A stretch of 64,000 bases of DNA. It comes from Elephas maximus. Lineage: Eukaryota. Below the pieces are notes generated by a model, which saw only the letters and a program-made list of their open reading frames with translations, searched no databases and was not told the DNA's origin. The translations under genes were made by a program, and so were the position numbers. The stretch covers positions 30,439,814-30,503,813 of the forward strand of contig NC_064828.1 of NCBI RefSeq assembly GCF_024166365.1, read 5' to 3'. Shown here piece by piece: positions 63,183 to 64,000 of the stretch (the first letter of the stretch is position 1; each line of letters starts with the position of its first letter).

Positions 63183-63778
63183 GTGAGTGCTAAGTAATGA
63201 GTACAAAAAACACCCTTTGTGGATATATCTCCTAAGATTAAAAATTTTACAATAAATGTGATTTGGCCTAAATGTGTCTTTCTACTCGTCCTTTGACTGG
63301 AACACCAAACTGAATTCTTAGATCAACCTAGAACCTTAAGACTAAGAAATTCAGGAAGTTTCGGAAAAGTGGAGACCATTATGGGGTGGAGACTATCCAG
63401 TTAGAGTTAAAAAAAATCCTGTTGCTACGATATGGATGAAGAACCTTCTGGAGACTCTGAAAGCATGCTTCTTTCAGAGAAGGGGACTGGATAAGGATCT
63501 TTTGTCTTAACTCTCAATGATTTTTATGCTGTTTTTATGCCTTTGCTAAGCCCACGGTCCTTTTTTCTCATTTTTTGATCCCTTTGTCTCCCGAGCTTTC
63601 TGTCCATTCACTGCCCTGATTTAGAATGTAGGATTTTTGGAAAGCTGATGCTTAAAGGAACTCTGTTGTGGGAAATAAAAATTTTGGAGGGGTCCTGTCT
63701 AAGGAAACACAAGTTGTGAACTCATCCCAGCATTAGTCCTTGATTTATAAGGTTTTCTTACCATTTTGGACCCTATAG

Positions 63779-63881
63779 ATTCCTTGACAAAACGAAAAAT
63801 AATTGGGAGGATCGTGAAAAGTTTGAGAAGGTACCTGGAAAATATGATATGCTACAGATGGACTACGCTACCAACACACAG
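63779..63881 (+). CDS. PARP2: PARP2 coding exon 7. Encodes (K)FLDKTKNNWEDREKFEKVPGKYDMLQMDYATNTQ. The gene continues past the end of the window.
   Basis: Acceptor ccctatag|a and donor cag|gtgaac. The protein is identical to human over this stretch. Confidence 0.92.
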
Positions 63882-64000
63882 GTGAACTCTGACTCTTGGG
63901 AGAAAAGCTGTCACCTCTTAACCAGAGTGAAGTCTAGCAGAATGGCATAGATCAGGTCCTAACTGCAACAGGCCAGGATAGTTCGAGTCACTGCTGTTTC

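Noticed and set aside
1-64000. Prokaryotic-style features: CRISPR arrays, operons, RBS or alternative-start ORFs
   Set aside because: The sequence is mammalian, with GT-AG introns, SINEs, LINEs and CpG islands. The ORF track's use of TTG and GTG starts, for example calling ORF 27181..27363 with an M for a TTG, is not meaningful here. No direct-repeat and spacer arrays are present.

Overview
This is mammalian nuclear DNA, not prokaryotic. The window is saturated with AfroSINE and AfroLA-type SINEs (about 35 copies) and afrotherian L1 fragments, so the source is most likely an afrotherian genome such as elephant. It spans a conserved syntenic block that is already well described, the orthologue of human 14q11.2. 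TTC5 lies on the minus strand and is complete: all 10 coding exons, 440 codons, 1597..23680. CCNB1IP1 (HEI10) lies on the minus strand with three coding exons (277 codons, 27181..34767), a CpG-island 5' exon at about 36.1-36.3 kb, and the C/D-box snoRNA SNORD126 further upstream at about 43.0 kb in its 5' region. RPPH1, the RNase P RNA H1, lies on the minus strand at 56700..57043. It has a compact Pol III type-3 promoter (TATA, PSE, octamer) that it shares head-to-head with PARP2. The first seven PARP2 coding exons lie on the plus strand at 57280..63881, and the gene continues beyond the window. All splice junctions were derived by hand from GT-AG boundaries and from protein similarity recalled from memory; no database search was possible. 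I found no CRISPR array, operon or prokaryotic-style system, and no evidence of a novel gene system. The interesting observations are regulatory and structural: the RPPH1/PARP2 bidirectional promoter with a conserved CRE, an intronic snoRNA that implies a distal host promoter, an internal CpG-island promoter, small duplications, inverted SINE pairs, and two generations of L1. Most ORFs in the supplied track are artefacts from repeats or CpG islands. The track also treats TTG and GTG as start codons, which is not meaningful for this eukaryotic sequence.
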